From the IMG/VR virus record IMGVR_UViG_3300028593_000003: 64,000 bases of DNA; one strand, 5' to 3'. Both the position numbers and the translations under genes were made by a program. This DNA is from a virus. Taxonomy: Duplodnaviria > Caudoviricetes. The notes under the pieces were generated by a model, which saw only the letters and a program-made list of their open reading frames with translations, was not told the origin of the DNA and did no database searches. This document shows, piece by piece, positions 1-7,823 of the stretch (position 1 is its first letter; each line of letters opens with the position of its first letter).

Positions 1-99
1 AGTCCGTTTGGAGATTATTTTGATACCGGAATGGGAGATCAGGGTAGTGATGTCTGGTCAAGTGGGGAACTTCCTGATTACTGGTCAACAAAAAAATAG
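1..99 (+). CDS. 3' end of a convergent gene entering from outside the window (SPFGDYF...WSTKK*)
   Basis: Frame 1 is open from base 1 to TAG at 97-99 and is followed by a hairpin shared with the convergent minus-strand gene. Confidence 0.35.
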   Translation, partial: SPFGDYFDTGMGDQGSDVWSSGELPDYWSTKK

Positions 100-122
100 C
101 AGGCTGTTGTTCTATCCATTTT

Positions 123-149
123 ATAAACCCCGTCTATGATGGGGTTTAT
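123..149. terminator. Hairpin between convergent genes, probably a bidirectional terminator
   Basis: ATAAACCCCG-TCTATGA-TGGGGTTTAT inverted repeat with A/T-rich flanks. Confidence 0.6.
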
Positions 150-817
150 TTTTGCGCCAAAATCGGCTTCACATATTCCTCAATAACCAGTTTTCTCACC
201 TCAATAAACTCTTCTTTACTTCCAGCAGAAATATCGGTAGGTGAAGAGATGGCGGTAAAGAAAGCATTGGAACAGAGCTGACCGATATAACCGAATTTGT
301 ACATCTTCAGCCACATCGCCCAATCTGACAAGCGGTGTATTCTGATATCCGTCACGAACCCACCTACCCTCTCTATCGCCTCAGATTTGTAAAGACTATT
401 GGACGAAATGTAGTTGTTGTTCATCAGGAAGTTTATGTCGTATATTCTTGGCGGAAAGGTGACATTGATGTAACCTTTGTACTCAAATGGGGAATAGACG
501 AAACCGATGTTACCACCACTTTTTTCTATTGTGGATAACATCTTGTCCAGATAATTTCTACCGAGAATTATGTCACGGTCAAGTATCTGGATGTAAGGTG
601 GGAATGATTTATACTTTTCTTTGTAGGCGTCCAAATTTGCCTGCACATTAGTCGCGTGCTTTCCTTCTCCTTCATAACTTGTCCAGATAATAGGAACCCC
701 GCTTCTTTCCAGAGAAATTTTTGTTTGTTTGAAGATTTGATGCCCCGTAAGTAATGGTGTAACTACCAATATTTGTGCGTTTTTATCTTGTCTTAGGATT
801 TTTAGCATACTTACCAT
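146..817 (-). CDS. Glycosyltransferase family 2-like protein
   Basis: LVVTP N-terminal strand, DRD (DxD) motif, NNYISSNSLY, GGF and SDWAMWL are typical of GT-A enzymes. Confidence 0.75.
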   Translation of the reverse strand: MVSMLKILRQDKNAQILVVTPLLTGHQIFKQTKISLERSGVPIIWTSYEGEGKHATNVQANLDAYKEKYKSFPPYIQILDRDIILGRNYLDKMLSTIEKSGGNIGFVYSPFEYKGYINVTFPPRIYDINFLMNNNYISSNSLYKSEAIERVGGFVTDIRIHRLSDWAMWLKMYKFGYIGQLCSNAFFTAISSPTDISAGSKEEFIEVRKLVIEEYVKPILAQK

Positions 818-1382
818 CTTTATAATGAGGATTGTTTTTACCTATATTCATTATTCTAAGTTTTTCTATTGTTTCTTCTGAATGATGTTTGCCCGCCATC
901 GGGGGAATTTGATTTTTTCTTTTCTTCTTCATTTTTTCTACAGCTATGGGATTTTTCATTGGATTATTTTTCTTCATCCATTCGGAGTGTCCGGGCCGTT
1001 TCTTTCCGAAAAAGGCGTGTCTCTCTTTTCTATAATTTTCCTTCCAAGACTTTCTCATCCTTTTTGCAATTTCTTCGTAATCCATTGGATTACTTTCTCC
1101 GCCATCGGTGAGGTTATATCCATTCGGGGAAATAGAGGAAAATTCTTTTACATAAAATTTTTCAAAATAATCAAGTTCCTCTTTTGTATCACAATCCATC
1201 AATTTATACCATAAAAAATTCTCTTCTCCATATTTTCTGATCGCACAATGAAATGGAAGAAGAGAATCTTTCTGAATAGAGCGGGAATGTTCCAATTTCC
1301 TTTTCTCTAATGTTCTTCTCGTTTGACCAATATAAACTTTACCATTTATTCGGTTGGTAACTCTGTAGATGAGTCCTCGCAT
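783..1382 (-). CDS. GIY-YIG homing endonuclease with NUMOD3-like repeats
   Basis: GLIYRVTNRINGKVYIGQT, catalytic R and E positions, GYNLTDGGE, and C-terminal GKHHSEETIEKLR / NNPHY motifs. Confidence 0.9.
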   Translation of the reverse strand: MRGLIYRVTNRINGKVYIGQTRRTLEKRKLEHSRSIQKDSLLPFHCAIRKYGEENFLWYKLMDCDTKEELDYFEKFYVKEFSSISPNGYNLTDGGESNPMDYEEIAKRMRKSWKENYRKERHAFFGKKRPGHSEWMKKNNPMKNPIAVEKMKKKRKNQIPPMAGKHHSEETIEKLRIMNIGKNNPHYKDGKYAKNPKTR

Positions 1383-1699
1383 GGAATTTCCTGTAATGTT
1401 GAATCTTCTCCTATATCGGGAAGTGATTCTGCTGGTTTTTCACCTTCTCCTACAACTGGATTTTCCACAAACCCACAGAACTGGGCTGAAAATCTGCCGT
1501 CCTTGATAATATGGTTGACTATATATTTCCTTCCCATCCATTCGATAATCTGCCCAAGGTCTGGCATTGCCTTGGTCTTGGCTGTAAATCTCATCTGGGC
1601 GTAGTTCACATAGTCAATCTTGTAATCCCCGATTTGTGTTCCTGTAACGGGCATCACGGCTTGCCTGAATTGTTTCCTTGAAACGGGTTGTCTATTCAT
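1346..1699 (-). CDS. Hypothetical protein
   Basis: 117-aa ORF that overlaps its neighbours within the operon. Confidence 0.6.
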   Translation of the reverse strand: MNRQPVSRKQFRQAVMPVTGTQIGDYKIDYVNYAQMRFTAKTKAMPDLGQIIEWMGRKYIVNHIIKDGRFSAQFCGFVENPVVGEGEKPAESLPDIGEDSTLQEIPCEDSSTELPTE

Positions 1700-1997
1700 T
1701 TTCTTCTTCCTCTGAATATCCTCTGACGATTGTTTCCATTTCCTCTTTTTGTTCTCTCAATCCCCCAAGGTAAGCTCTCATTCCCAATTGATTATATGTT
1801 TCCAGTTCATCAAGATGGTCAATGACATTGAGGGCAAACAGGGCGTCTGCCAGTTCATTGAGTTTTGAATATTCGTTTAGCACGTCGCCTGGGGATATAT
1901 CTTTGAGTGTCAGACTTACTTCCGGCTTCACACTACTGAAATTTCCTGTATTGAATGTTGCCGCTTTCGTTATTGTAATATCAATTTTTCTCGACAT
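1692..1997 (-). CDS. Hypothetical protein
   Basis: 101-aa ORF with an AAGGAG RBS upstream. Confidence 0.7.
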   Translation of the reverse strand: MSRKIDITITKAATFNTGNFSSVKPEVSLTLKDISPGDVLNEYSKLNELADALFALNVIDHLDELETYNQLGMRAYLGGLREQKEEMETIVRGYSEEEENE

Positions 1998-2120
1998 TTT
2001 TCTCTCCTTCTTTCTTCTTTACACAGAAGAAATACTCACAATCTGCACATTGATATACATACATTGTACTCCACTCTTCTTTTCTTCTTGTATCTTCACA
2101 ATCACAAATTGGGCATTTCA

Positions 2121-2900
2121 TTATTTGACTTCCTCGTCTTTTGTGGTCTGAAAGTGCGTTTGAAAAAATTTCTTTTTCTCTTCTTTCTCCTCTTCTCCAT
2201 AAAAACCATCTATTGGTTTTCCATAGAAGTTTGCGGAATATCCCTTTCCGGATTTGATGTCGGCCATATATGATTTTGTAGCGTTGGTCAATGTCACATT
2301 ATACAAACCATTGGCCATTGCACGATTATCAAATTTGTAAGTATTGGAAAGAAACATATCCATTTCTTCTTGGATTTTTTCCGGTTCTGTTCCATAATAA
2401 GTGATTGTCCATCTCTCCGTTTTTTGTAAATCGGAGATCCTTCCCCTGATTTGAGAGAGATTGTATATTCTGGAAGCATTTTCCTGACCGTCTGTGATGA
2501 TGTTTACAAGGAAAGATGTGGTTTTCTCTTCGACATCAGGAAGTTCTTGAAGTTTCGTAAGTGTTTTTCCAATGGCATCGAACAATGCTGTATTTCCATC
2601 TGGAATGTACTCTTTCATATCCAGAGGATTTATATCGGATATACTGTCATCCCATCTCAAGAAATTGATTTTATCGGGATAACTGAAAGTAACAATACTT
2701 ACCTTTGTATCAAGTTGGTCATCCGTTTCGCTTTTGAGGACTTCAAGTTGGTCATTGAAAATGTCCACAACAAACTTCCTCAATACACCCATTGAACCGG
2801 AACTGTCAATTATAAAAGCAACGTGAAGTGTCTTTTTCTTTTTACTGAAAATATCATCTTCAAAATCTTGGAACATTTTGTCTATTTCTTTATCACTCAT
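2121..2900 (-). CDS. von Willebrand factor A (VWA) domain protein
   Basis: MIDAS motif IIDSSGSM, GNTALFDAI, IITDGQENAS. Confidence 0.9.
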   Translation of the reverse strand: MSDKEIDKMFQDFEDDIFSKKKKTLHVAFIIDSSGSMGVLRKFVVDIFNDQLEVLKSETDDQLDTKVSIVTFSYPDKINFLRWDDSISDINPLDMKEYIPDGNTALFDAIGKTLTKLQELPDVEEKTTSFLVNIITDGQENASRIYNLSQIRGRISDLQKTERWTITYYGTEPEKIQEEMDMFLSNTYKFDNRAMANGLYNVTLTNATKSYMADIKSGKGYSANFYGKPIDGFYGEEEKEEKKKFFQTHFQTTKDEEVK

Positions 2901-3109
2901 TATTCATTCTCCTGTATCAATTCATCAACATCAATAGGTAATCGGTCAAGAATATCTCTCAATTTACCCAATTCTGTAAGTGCCTCATCCCTTTCCTTCT
3001 CTGCTTTCGCAAGTCGGGTAGTAAGATAACAAATGGAACAGTTTTCGGGGTCATGGTCAAGCCCGTGGATATGACATCTAATTTTTGTCTCTGCCAATGA
3101 TTCACTCAT
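2900..3109 (-). CDS. Small hypothetical protein (CxxH...CxxC plus coiled coil)
   Basis: 69-aa ORF, translationally coupled to both neighbours. Confidence 0.6.
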   Translation of the reverse strand: MSESLAETKIRCHIHGLDHDPENCSICYLTTRLAKAEKERDEALTELGKLRDILDRLPIDVDELIQENE

Positions 3110-3969
3110 CCTTCCATCTCCTTTTTTATTACCTCTGCCGCATATTCCATCTTGAACTCTGGATAGAACTTGTCTATCCTGTCATAAATGTGAGCTATGT
3201 ATCCGAGATACACATAATCGTAACTTGAAGTGACAAAAATCATATCACTCAAATTCCTGATTATTGTATCGGAAAACAGAGCGTGGTAGTAACGATGTTC
3301 TTCCGGTAATAATATTATAACATTGTTTTCAAGGATTGTAAAGATGTCAGGATTGAGATATCCTATAGAATAGTCACGGGTTGAACCCAATAAAACCGTA
3401 CATTTCATATCGGAATATTTGATATTCTTGTCAAAAACGACATTCAGGTTGGTATATTCATCCACCTTTTCTTTCGAAATGTTCGAATAATCCGAGTATT
3501 TTGTTGAAGAAGTGGGGTAATTCTTGCCAAATTCCACCAAATACTTCTCAAAAGAGCCCAGTTTATCGAAAATAATACCCTTAAAACCGATTGTAAGGGG
3601 TCGCGGCTCGACTTTATTTAGCTTTAGGGTATCTATCGAGTGTATTTTGGGGCAGTAGTGGGGAAAATAGTGAAAATCGGGCCTGTAATTGACGGCCGGC
3701 TCAAACAAAGACACATTGTATTTCTTTAGCCAGCGGGCTTCATCAGGTCTTATCGCAAGAAATTTGTCAAAAATAATGACACGGGTTTTTTTCTTGAGAT
3801 AAAACTTGAGAACTTCAGTTTGAAGTGCGAAAGGTTTCGGATTTGAGGGATTGTAGGGGATGTATTCAATATAAACGGCGTCACAATCAGAAAAATCGGT
3901 ATCTGATAAGGTGACGCCGTTCAATACTTTGTTAAAAACTGGACTACAGTTTAAGGTAAACAATGTCAT
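3106..3969 (-). CDS. GT-B fold glycosyltransferase-like protein, possibly related to T4 DNA beta-glucosyltransferase
   Basis: The C-terminal TVLLGSTRDYSIGYLNPDIFTILENNVIILLPEEH resembles the nucleotide-sugar-binding segment of T4 BGT as I recall it. The match is distant. Confidence 0.4.
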   Translation of the reverse strand: MTLFTLNCSPVFNKVLNGVTLSDTDFSDCDAVYIEYIPYNPSNPKPFALQTEVLKFYLKKKTRVIIFDKFLAIRPDEARWLKKYNVSLFEPAVNYRPDFHYFPHYCPKIHSIDTLKLNKVEPRPLTIGFKGIIFDKLGSFEKYLVEFGKNYPTSSTKYSDYSNISKEKVDEYTNLNVVFDKNIKYSDMKCTVLLGSTRDYSIGYLNPDIFTILENNVIILLPEEHRYYHALFSDTIIRNLSDMIFVTSSYDYVYLGYIAHIYDRIDKFYPEFKMEYAAEVIKKEMEG

Positions 3970-5302
3970 TATGGATATTTTTTACAAACTCCTTTTCATA
4001 CTCTATGATGTAGGAGACTACCGCTTCGGAGAAGCCGTCAATATGAACCCAATCACCATAACCCACACCATTACGGTATGAAGCCACATTGATGAGGTAA
4101 TACTGTGCTTCTGGCAGTTTGTTTGGGATCTCGTCGTGAATTTGTTCATCGGTGATGACGATCAGACGATCAAACTTCTCCCTTTCAACAATCGCTTTGA
4201 TTGCTCTACCGAGCCAAGTTCCACCGTGAGGCTGAGAACGAGAAATAGCATTGGCCAAATTAAATCCACGGTGAGCATCGGCAATTTTTCTCACATCTGT
4301 AGAGAATGAGTACACGGAAACATCCTCACAGATTTCTCTTGCGATGAGAGCAACACCATTAGCGGCGTCAATCCTCGTCATATCGGACTTGTCAGAAAGA
4401 GCCATATCCATAGAACCGGAAACATCCACAAGAATTATTGTCTTACCTTCCAAGGTGTCAAGGTTCCTGATGGACTTGAACATCAGGGTTTCAAGCTGGT
4501 TCTTGAACTTTGGAGCATATTTTACTGCCGCAATAAATCTGAAAGGGAGAACCCTGTCAGTTTTCATATTTTCAAGACCACGAAGAATGATGTTCTCATC
4601 CACATTTGCCTGGGTCATATTACGAAGGTTCCTCAAGAGTGCCAGAGCACCAAGGCGGTTCTCCATAATAAGCTCTTCCCAAACAGCTTTCTTGTCCTTA
4701 CCGGCAGAAAGCCCCGTTTCCCAAGTTTTTGGGATTTCCAATTTGTTGTCAATAAGTTTCTTCCAGACATCAGCCTGTGAAGCATTGAGAGGTTTCGCGT
4801 GAGAAAGAAAAAGAACATCTCTCAATTTTACCGAATAGTCACGGTTATATTTGGCGAGCTGGTACTCGTCAAATTTCGTGAAGGCTTTAGCCAGACCTTT
4901 CTTTACCTGTGCGGCAAGAGGGGTCTTACCATCTTTCCAGTAGAGAGAAAGGAACTCCGCCAACTCGTCAGGACGCTGGATTATCCTTCCCAATGTCTTT
5001 GCCACATATTTCCTATGGTCAATATGGCGTACCATTCCCGTAACAAGAAGAAGAGGAACGTGACGCAAATTCATCCTCTCTCTTGCCTCGACAGCAAGAT
5101 TTGCCACGGTCTTACCATTGACTTGTGGAATAGTTGCGAGTATCCTGTCTGCAACGGATGCTCCGTCCTCATAAAAGGACTTTTCCCAAAGCAAGCAGGA
5201 CATCGTTGAACGTCTGAGGATTTGCTCAGGTGTGAGAACCTTTGCAGAACCACCCTCATAGGTTTTAGGAACACGGTTTTTGAAGGAATTATATTTCGCC
5301 AT
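3944..5302 (-). CDS. rsr: Ro60/Rsr TROVE-domain RNA-binding protein
   Basis: TYEGG, SCLLWEKSFYE, LRHVP, QRPDEL, FDEYQLAKYNR, LRDVLFLSHAKP, TWET, ALLRNLRN, VLPFRF, and a C-terminal VWA (DVSGSM, GGT, ITDEQ). AGGAGG RBS at 5311-5316. Confidence 0.97.
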   Translation of the reverse strand: MAKYNSFKNRVPKTYEGGSAKVLTPEQILRRSTMSCLLWEKSFYEDGASVADRILATIPQVNGKTVANLAVEARERMNLRHVPLLLVTGMVRHIDHRKYVAKTLGRIIQRPDELAEFLSLYWKDGKTPLAAQVKKGLAKAFTKFDEYQLAKYNRDYSVKLRDVLFLSHAKPLNASQADVWKKLIDNKLEIPKTWETGLSAGKDKKAVWEELIMENRLGALALLRNLRNMTQANVDENIILRGLENMKTDRVLPFRFIAAVKYAPKFKNQLETLMFKSIRNLDTLEGKTIILVDVSGSMDMALSDKSDMTRIDAANGVALIAREICEDVSVYSFSTDVRKIADAHRGFNLANAISRSQPHGGTWLGRAIKAIVEREKFDRLIVITDEQIHDEIPNKLPEAQYYLINVASYRNGVGYGDWVHIDGFSEAVVSYIIEYEKEFVKNIHNDIVYLKL

Positions 5303-5331
5303 TCTACCAACCTCCTACAAATTATTTTTAA

Positions 5332-5433
5332 ATAACGGGGAACTTGCGAAACCGGAAATTCGGTGGACTTTCACCACCGTGTCGTTGATCACCTAGCATG
5401 GTCGAAGTAACCGACTTCTATCGCCACCGTTAT
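5332..5433 (-). ncRNA. Y RNA-like ncRNA unit 1 (102 nt, small cargo with hairpin CGGUGG-UGAAAGU-CCACCG)
   Basis: Terminal stem AUAACGG/CCGUUAU, conserved GGUGGCG and GUUCCCC, upper stem GAAGUCGG/CCGGUUUC, then UUACUUCG. Adjacent to rsr. Confidence 0.8.
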
Positions 5434-5442
5434 ATTCTGAAA

Positions 5443-5579
5443 AGCGGGGAACAGCCAAACAGAGACTTATATATCCATTTGCTCTGCCATTGAGCTACCG
5501 TCCATTTGGGTTGGACGGGTTAGAATCGAACTAACAACCTAATGGTTCCGACGAAGTAACTCTATTTTACGCCACCGCT
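5443..5579 (-). ncRNA. yrlA: YrlA-type Y RNA unit 2 (circularly permuted tRNA mimic)
   Basis: Same scaffold. Cargo is CCAUU, T-arm GUUAG-UUCGAUU-CUAAC, loop-closed acceptor stem CCGUCCA/UGGACGG, UA, D-arm GCUC-AAUGGCA-GAGC, AAUGG. This T-acceptor-D order is that of YrlA. Confidence 0.92.
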
Positions 5580-5588
5580 CATATTCGA

Positions 5589-5725
5589 ATGTTGGGGAAC
5601 AATTGTAAACGGCTCTTTTAGGGGTGTTTTCTTCTTCTGGAAAAAACCAATCGAATATTCAGCCCCTCGTTTTCAATTTAGGGAAATTGATTAACCGAAG
5701 TATCCGAATACCGCACCACCAACAT
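5589..5725 (-). ncRNA. Y RNA-like ncRNA unit 3 (137 nt, non-tRNA cargo)
   Basis: Terminal stem AUGUUGG/CCAACAU, GGUGGUG, upper stem GUAUUCGG/CCGUUUAC, AUACUUCG, GUUCCCC. Internal UCAAUUU/AAAUUGA and AGGGG/CCCCU helices. Confidence 0.8.
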
Positions 5726-5734
5726 AAATTTTCA

Positions 5735-5987
5735 TTCATCGGGGAACAGATGGAAATGGGGTGGGGATTAGCAATCCCCGAAAGAACATTTACCTCATCC
5801 TGTTCTTCCCACACCGTAAAAGGAACTACTTGCCCAATTTATTTTGTTCCTGTATGTGAGAACGGCTCCAATGAGGGCTTCGGCCCGTAAAGGTCGAATG
5901 TCTGAGCCGCACCATAACCGTGATTATGGTTCGGGCACCCATAATAGTCATCTGTACGAAGTAACCACTTCCGACGCCACCGATGAA
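5735..5987 (-). ncRNA. Y RNA-like ncRNA unit 4 (253 nt, large multi-hairpin cargo)
   Basis: Terminal stem UUCAUCGG/CCGAUGAA, GGUGGCG, upper stem GGAAGUGG/CCAUUUCC, UUACUUCG, GUUCCCC, and at least six internal helices. Confidence 0.8.
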
Positions 5988-6006
5988 AATATCAAAGAAC
6001 TATGTT

Positions 6007-6035
6007 ATAATAACATATTTACTTATAAATGTAAA
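6007..6035 (-). promoter_or_regulatory. Sigma70-type (early) promoter for the Y RNA array and rsr operon
   Basis: TTTACA-17 nt-TATTAT with an extended -10 TG, about 20 nt upstream of unit 4. Confidence 0.75.
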
Positions 6036-6039
6036 CAAA

Positions 6040-6360
6040 TTATTTTCTTTTCAATGAAGATTTCTTGGATTTTTCTTCAACTGCCTGTTTTTCTTCAGTT
6101 ATTGGTGCGCCCACCTTCTCGTCAGAGGTTTTTGTACCTACTGTTTTGTCAACAATCCAGTATCTTACCTCGTCAGATATGGCGTCCACTCTTGAAGCCA
6201 GACCGGAAGAAATAACCCGATGATTTGGGCCTACCCTTCTTATAAGGGTGTTTATAGCCTCTTCGTGTGACCACGAAACGACAAAGGCCGTCCACATTGA
6301 CATATCACGGAGTAATTCGTATTCAATACGAAATACCGACATATTTTTCTTCTCACCCAT
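6040..6360 (-). CDS. Hypothetical protein
   Basis: 106-aa ORF in operon context. Confidence 0.65.
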   Translation of the reverse strand: MGEKKNMSVFRIEYELLRDMSMWTAFVVSWSHEEAINTLIRRVGPNHRVISSGLASRVDAISDEVRYWIVDKTVGTKTSDEKVGAPITEEKQAVEEKSKKSSLKRK

Positions 6361-6365
6361 ACTGC

Positions 6366-6566
6366 TTATTCCTCCATTTTTTCTATCACAGGTATATATT
6401 CAATTTTCTTGTCGCCCTTGATTTCAATTATCTTGAAATAGGTAATCAAGTCTCCGGGCTTTTTTGTCGCCTTCTGAGCTATAACAGATTTGCCCTCAAG
6501 AAAACATTCGCCCACTATATAATCCTTTGGGCCTTCTGGAAGTTCGTGAAAATCTTTCTCTCTCAT
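6366..6566 (-). CDS. Hypothetical protein
   Basis: 66-aa ORF with a GAGG RBS. Confidence 0.6.
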   Translation of the reverse strand: MREKDFHELPEGPKDYIVGECFLEGKSVIAQKATKKPGDLITYFKIIEIKGDKKIEYIPVIEKMEE

Positions 6567-6671
6567 AAAACCTCACTTATTTTTTCTTCTTACCTTTCTT
6601 CTTATCTTTTTTTGCCGGTTGTTTTTTCTTGGAAGCCATTTTCATCACCCCCGTTTTGTGTATACAATTAT

Positions 6672-7775
6672 TTACTTTTTTTTCCTCTTTCTATTATTAC
6701 CATTGATTTCTTCTTCATCGGCAACGGTTTCAAGTTCCGCTTCTGCTTCCTCGACTGCCCTATTGATGGCTGAATAACCAGTTTGTTTCAACCATTCATT
6801 GAACTTTGAGAGGAGCTGGGGATATTTACCGATGTTGGCTTCCGCTTTATCCCAACCGACACCTAGCTTTTCTTCTTTCTTCCCGTTGATAACTGTATAT
6901 GTCTTGCCCTCTTCTTTCACAAAACCGGCATTGATGAGATGTGTCAACAATCCAGCATACGGATTGATACCGTTGATGTAATCAATACTCACCGTCGCGT
7001 TTTGGAAAGGTGGATACATTCTGTTCTTGATTGTAATCGCTGTAATTTCGTTTCCGATAATTTTCTTTCCCTCTTTTATCGGGGTCTTTTTCAGGTTGAT
7101 AAGAATAGACGGGAACAATCTCATCGCCTTTCCACCACCAACCTGATCCGGCATCGGGATAACTCCGGGCGAACCATACAAATGACCCGTCACGATACCG
7201 ATGCTTTCCTGTTCAATACAGATATTCAGAAGGAGTTTCAGGAGAGCCCTGATATTCTTCTGCAACAGTCCTTGGTCTGCCTTCGGGTCACCACCGAGAG
7301 CATCCTCGAAGGCTTTATATCTGTCAACTCCACCCATACTGTCTATACCGATAATCAATTTTTTCTGCCCCGTGTCTTTTATCTGGGCAAGGTTACTCCT
7401 GATTTCATTTTCCCAAGGAGTGTATATATAAAGGGTGTTCTCAACATCAAGGCCCCACCTTACACAAAAATCTCTGTCCGTTCCCCTTTCGGTATCAATT
7501 ATAATGGGGTAATAACCTTTCTTCTGGGCTTCAGCCATACAGAGAACCATAAAACTTGATTTCATAGTGTGCTCTGGGCCGACAATACCGACAAGGCTTC
7601 TGTTCGGGATACCTCTCTCAATATCCCCCGATAAAACACGGTTCAAGTCGAGACTTGGAGTTTTGATCCAATCGGACACGGAGGCGATGTCTGACTGTGC
7701 CATAATAGATGCGTGAACACCCTTTACATTTTTGGCTATTCTTTTTTGTAAATCCTCAAAAAAACTTTTATCCAT
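6672..7775 (-). CDS. uvsX: RecA-like recombinase (UvsX)
   Basis: LNRVLSG, Walker A GPEHTMKS, IDTE, Walker B IGIDS, GGGKAM, KNRMYPPF. Confidence 0.93.
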   Translation of the reverse strand: MDKSFFEDLQKRIAKNVKGVHASIMAQSDIASVSDWIKTPSLDLNRVLSGDIERGIPNRSLVGIVGPEHTMKSSFMVLCMAEAQKKGYYPIIIDTERGTDRDFCVRWGLDVENTLYIYTPWENEIRSNLAQIKDTGQKKLIIGIDSMGGVDRYKAFEDALGGDPKADQGLLQKNIRALLKLLLNICIEQESIGIVTGHLYGSPGVIPMPDQVGGGKAMRLFPSILINLKKTPIKEGKKIIGNEITAITIKNRMYPPFQNATVSIDYINGINPYAGLLTHLINAGFVKEEGKTYTVINGKKEEKLGVGWDKAEANIGKYPQLLSKFNEWLKQTGYSAINRAVEEAEAELETVADEEEINGNNRKRKKK

Positions 7776-7794
7776 AAAAATCTCCTGTTATTAT

Positions 7795-7823
7795 ATTATA
7801 ACATATTTTATCACTATTGTAAA
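7795..7823 (-). promoter_or_regulatory. Sigma70-type promoter upstream of uvsX
   Basis: TTTACA-17 nt-TATAAT with an extended -10 TG. Confidence 0.75.

Noticed and set aside
783-1382. Intron-encoded endonuclease
   Set aside because: It overlaps both neighbouring ORFs, leaving no room for intron core sequence, so it appears free-standing.
5475-5545. Conventional tRNA gene
   Set aside because: The arms are permuted (T before D), the acceptor stem is loop-closed, and there is no anticodon loop.
5332-5987. CRISPR array: the recurring GTTCCCCG resembles part of type I-E repeats
   Set aside because: The intervening lengths are very unequal, the conserved blocks are split into two motifs whose flanks pair with each other, and no cas genes are present. 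A Y RNA scaffold explains the pattern.
5624-6215. Plus-strand ORFs 5624-5890 and 5844-6215
   Set aside because: They are antisense to structured RNAs and a promoter, and have no RBS or recognisable protein features.
7558-7585. Deviant Walker A (GPEHTMKS) suggesting an inactive recombinase
   Set aside because: UvsX proteins commonly lack the Gly before KS/T (T4 has GPSKSFKS).
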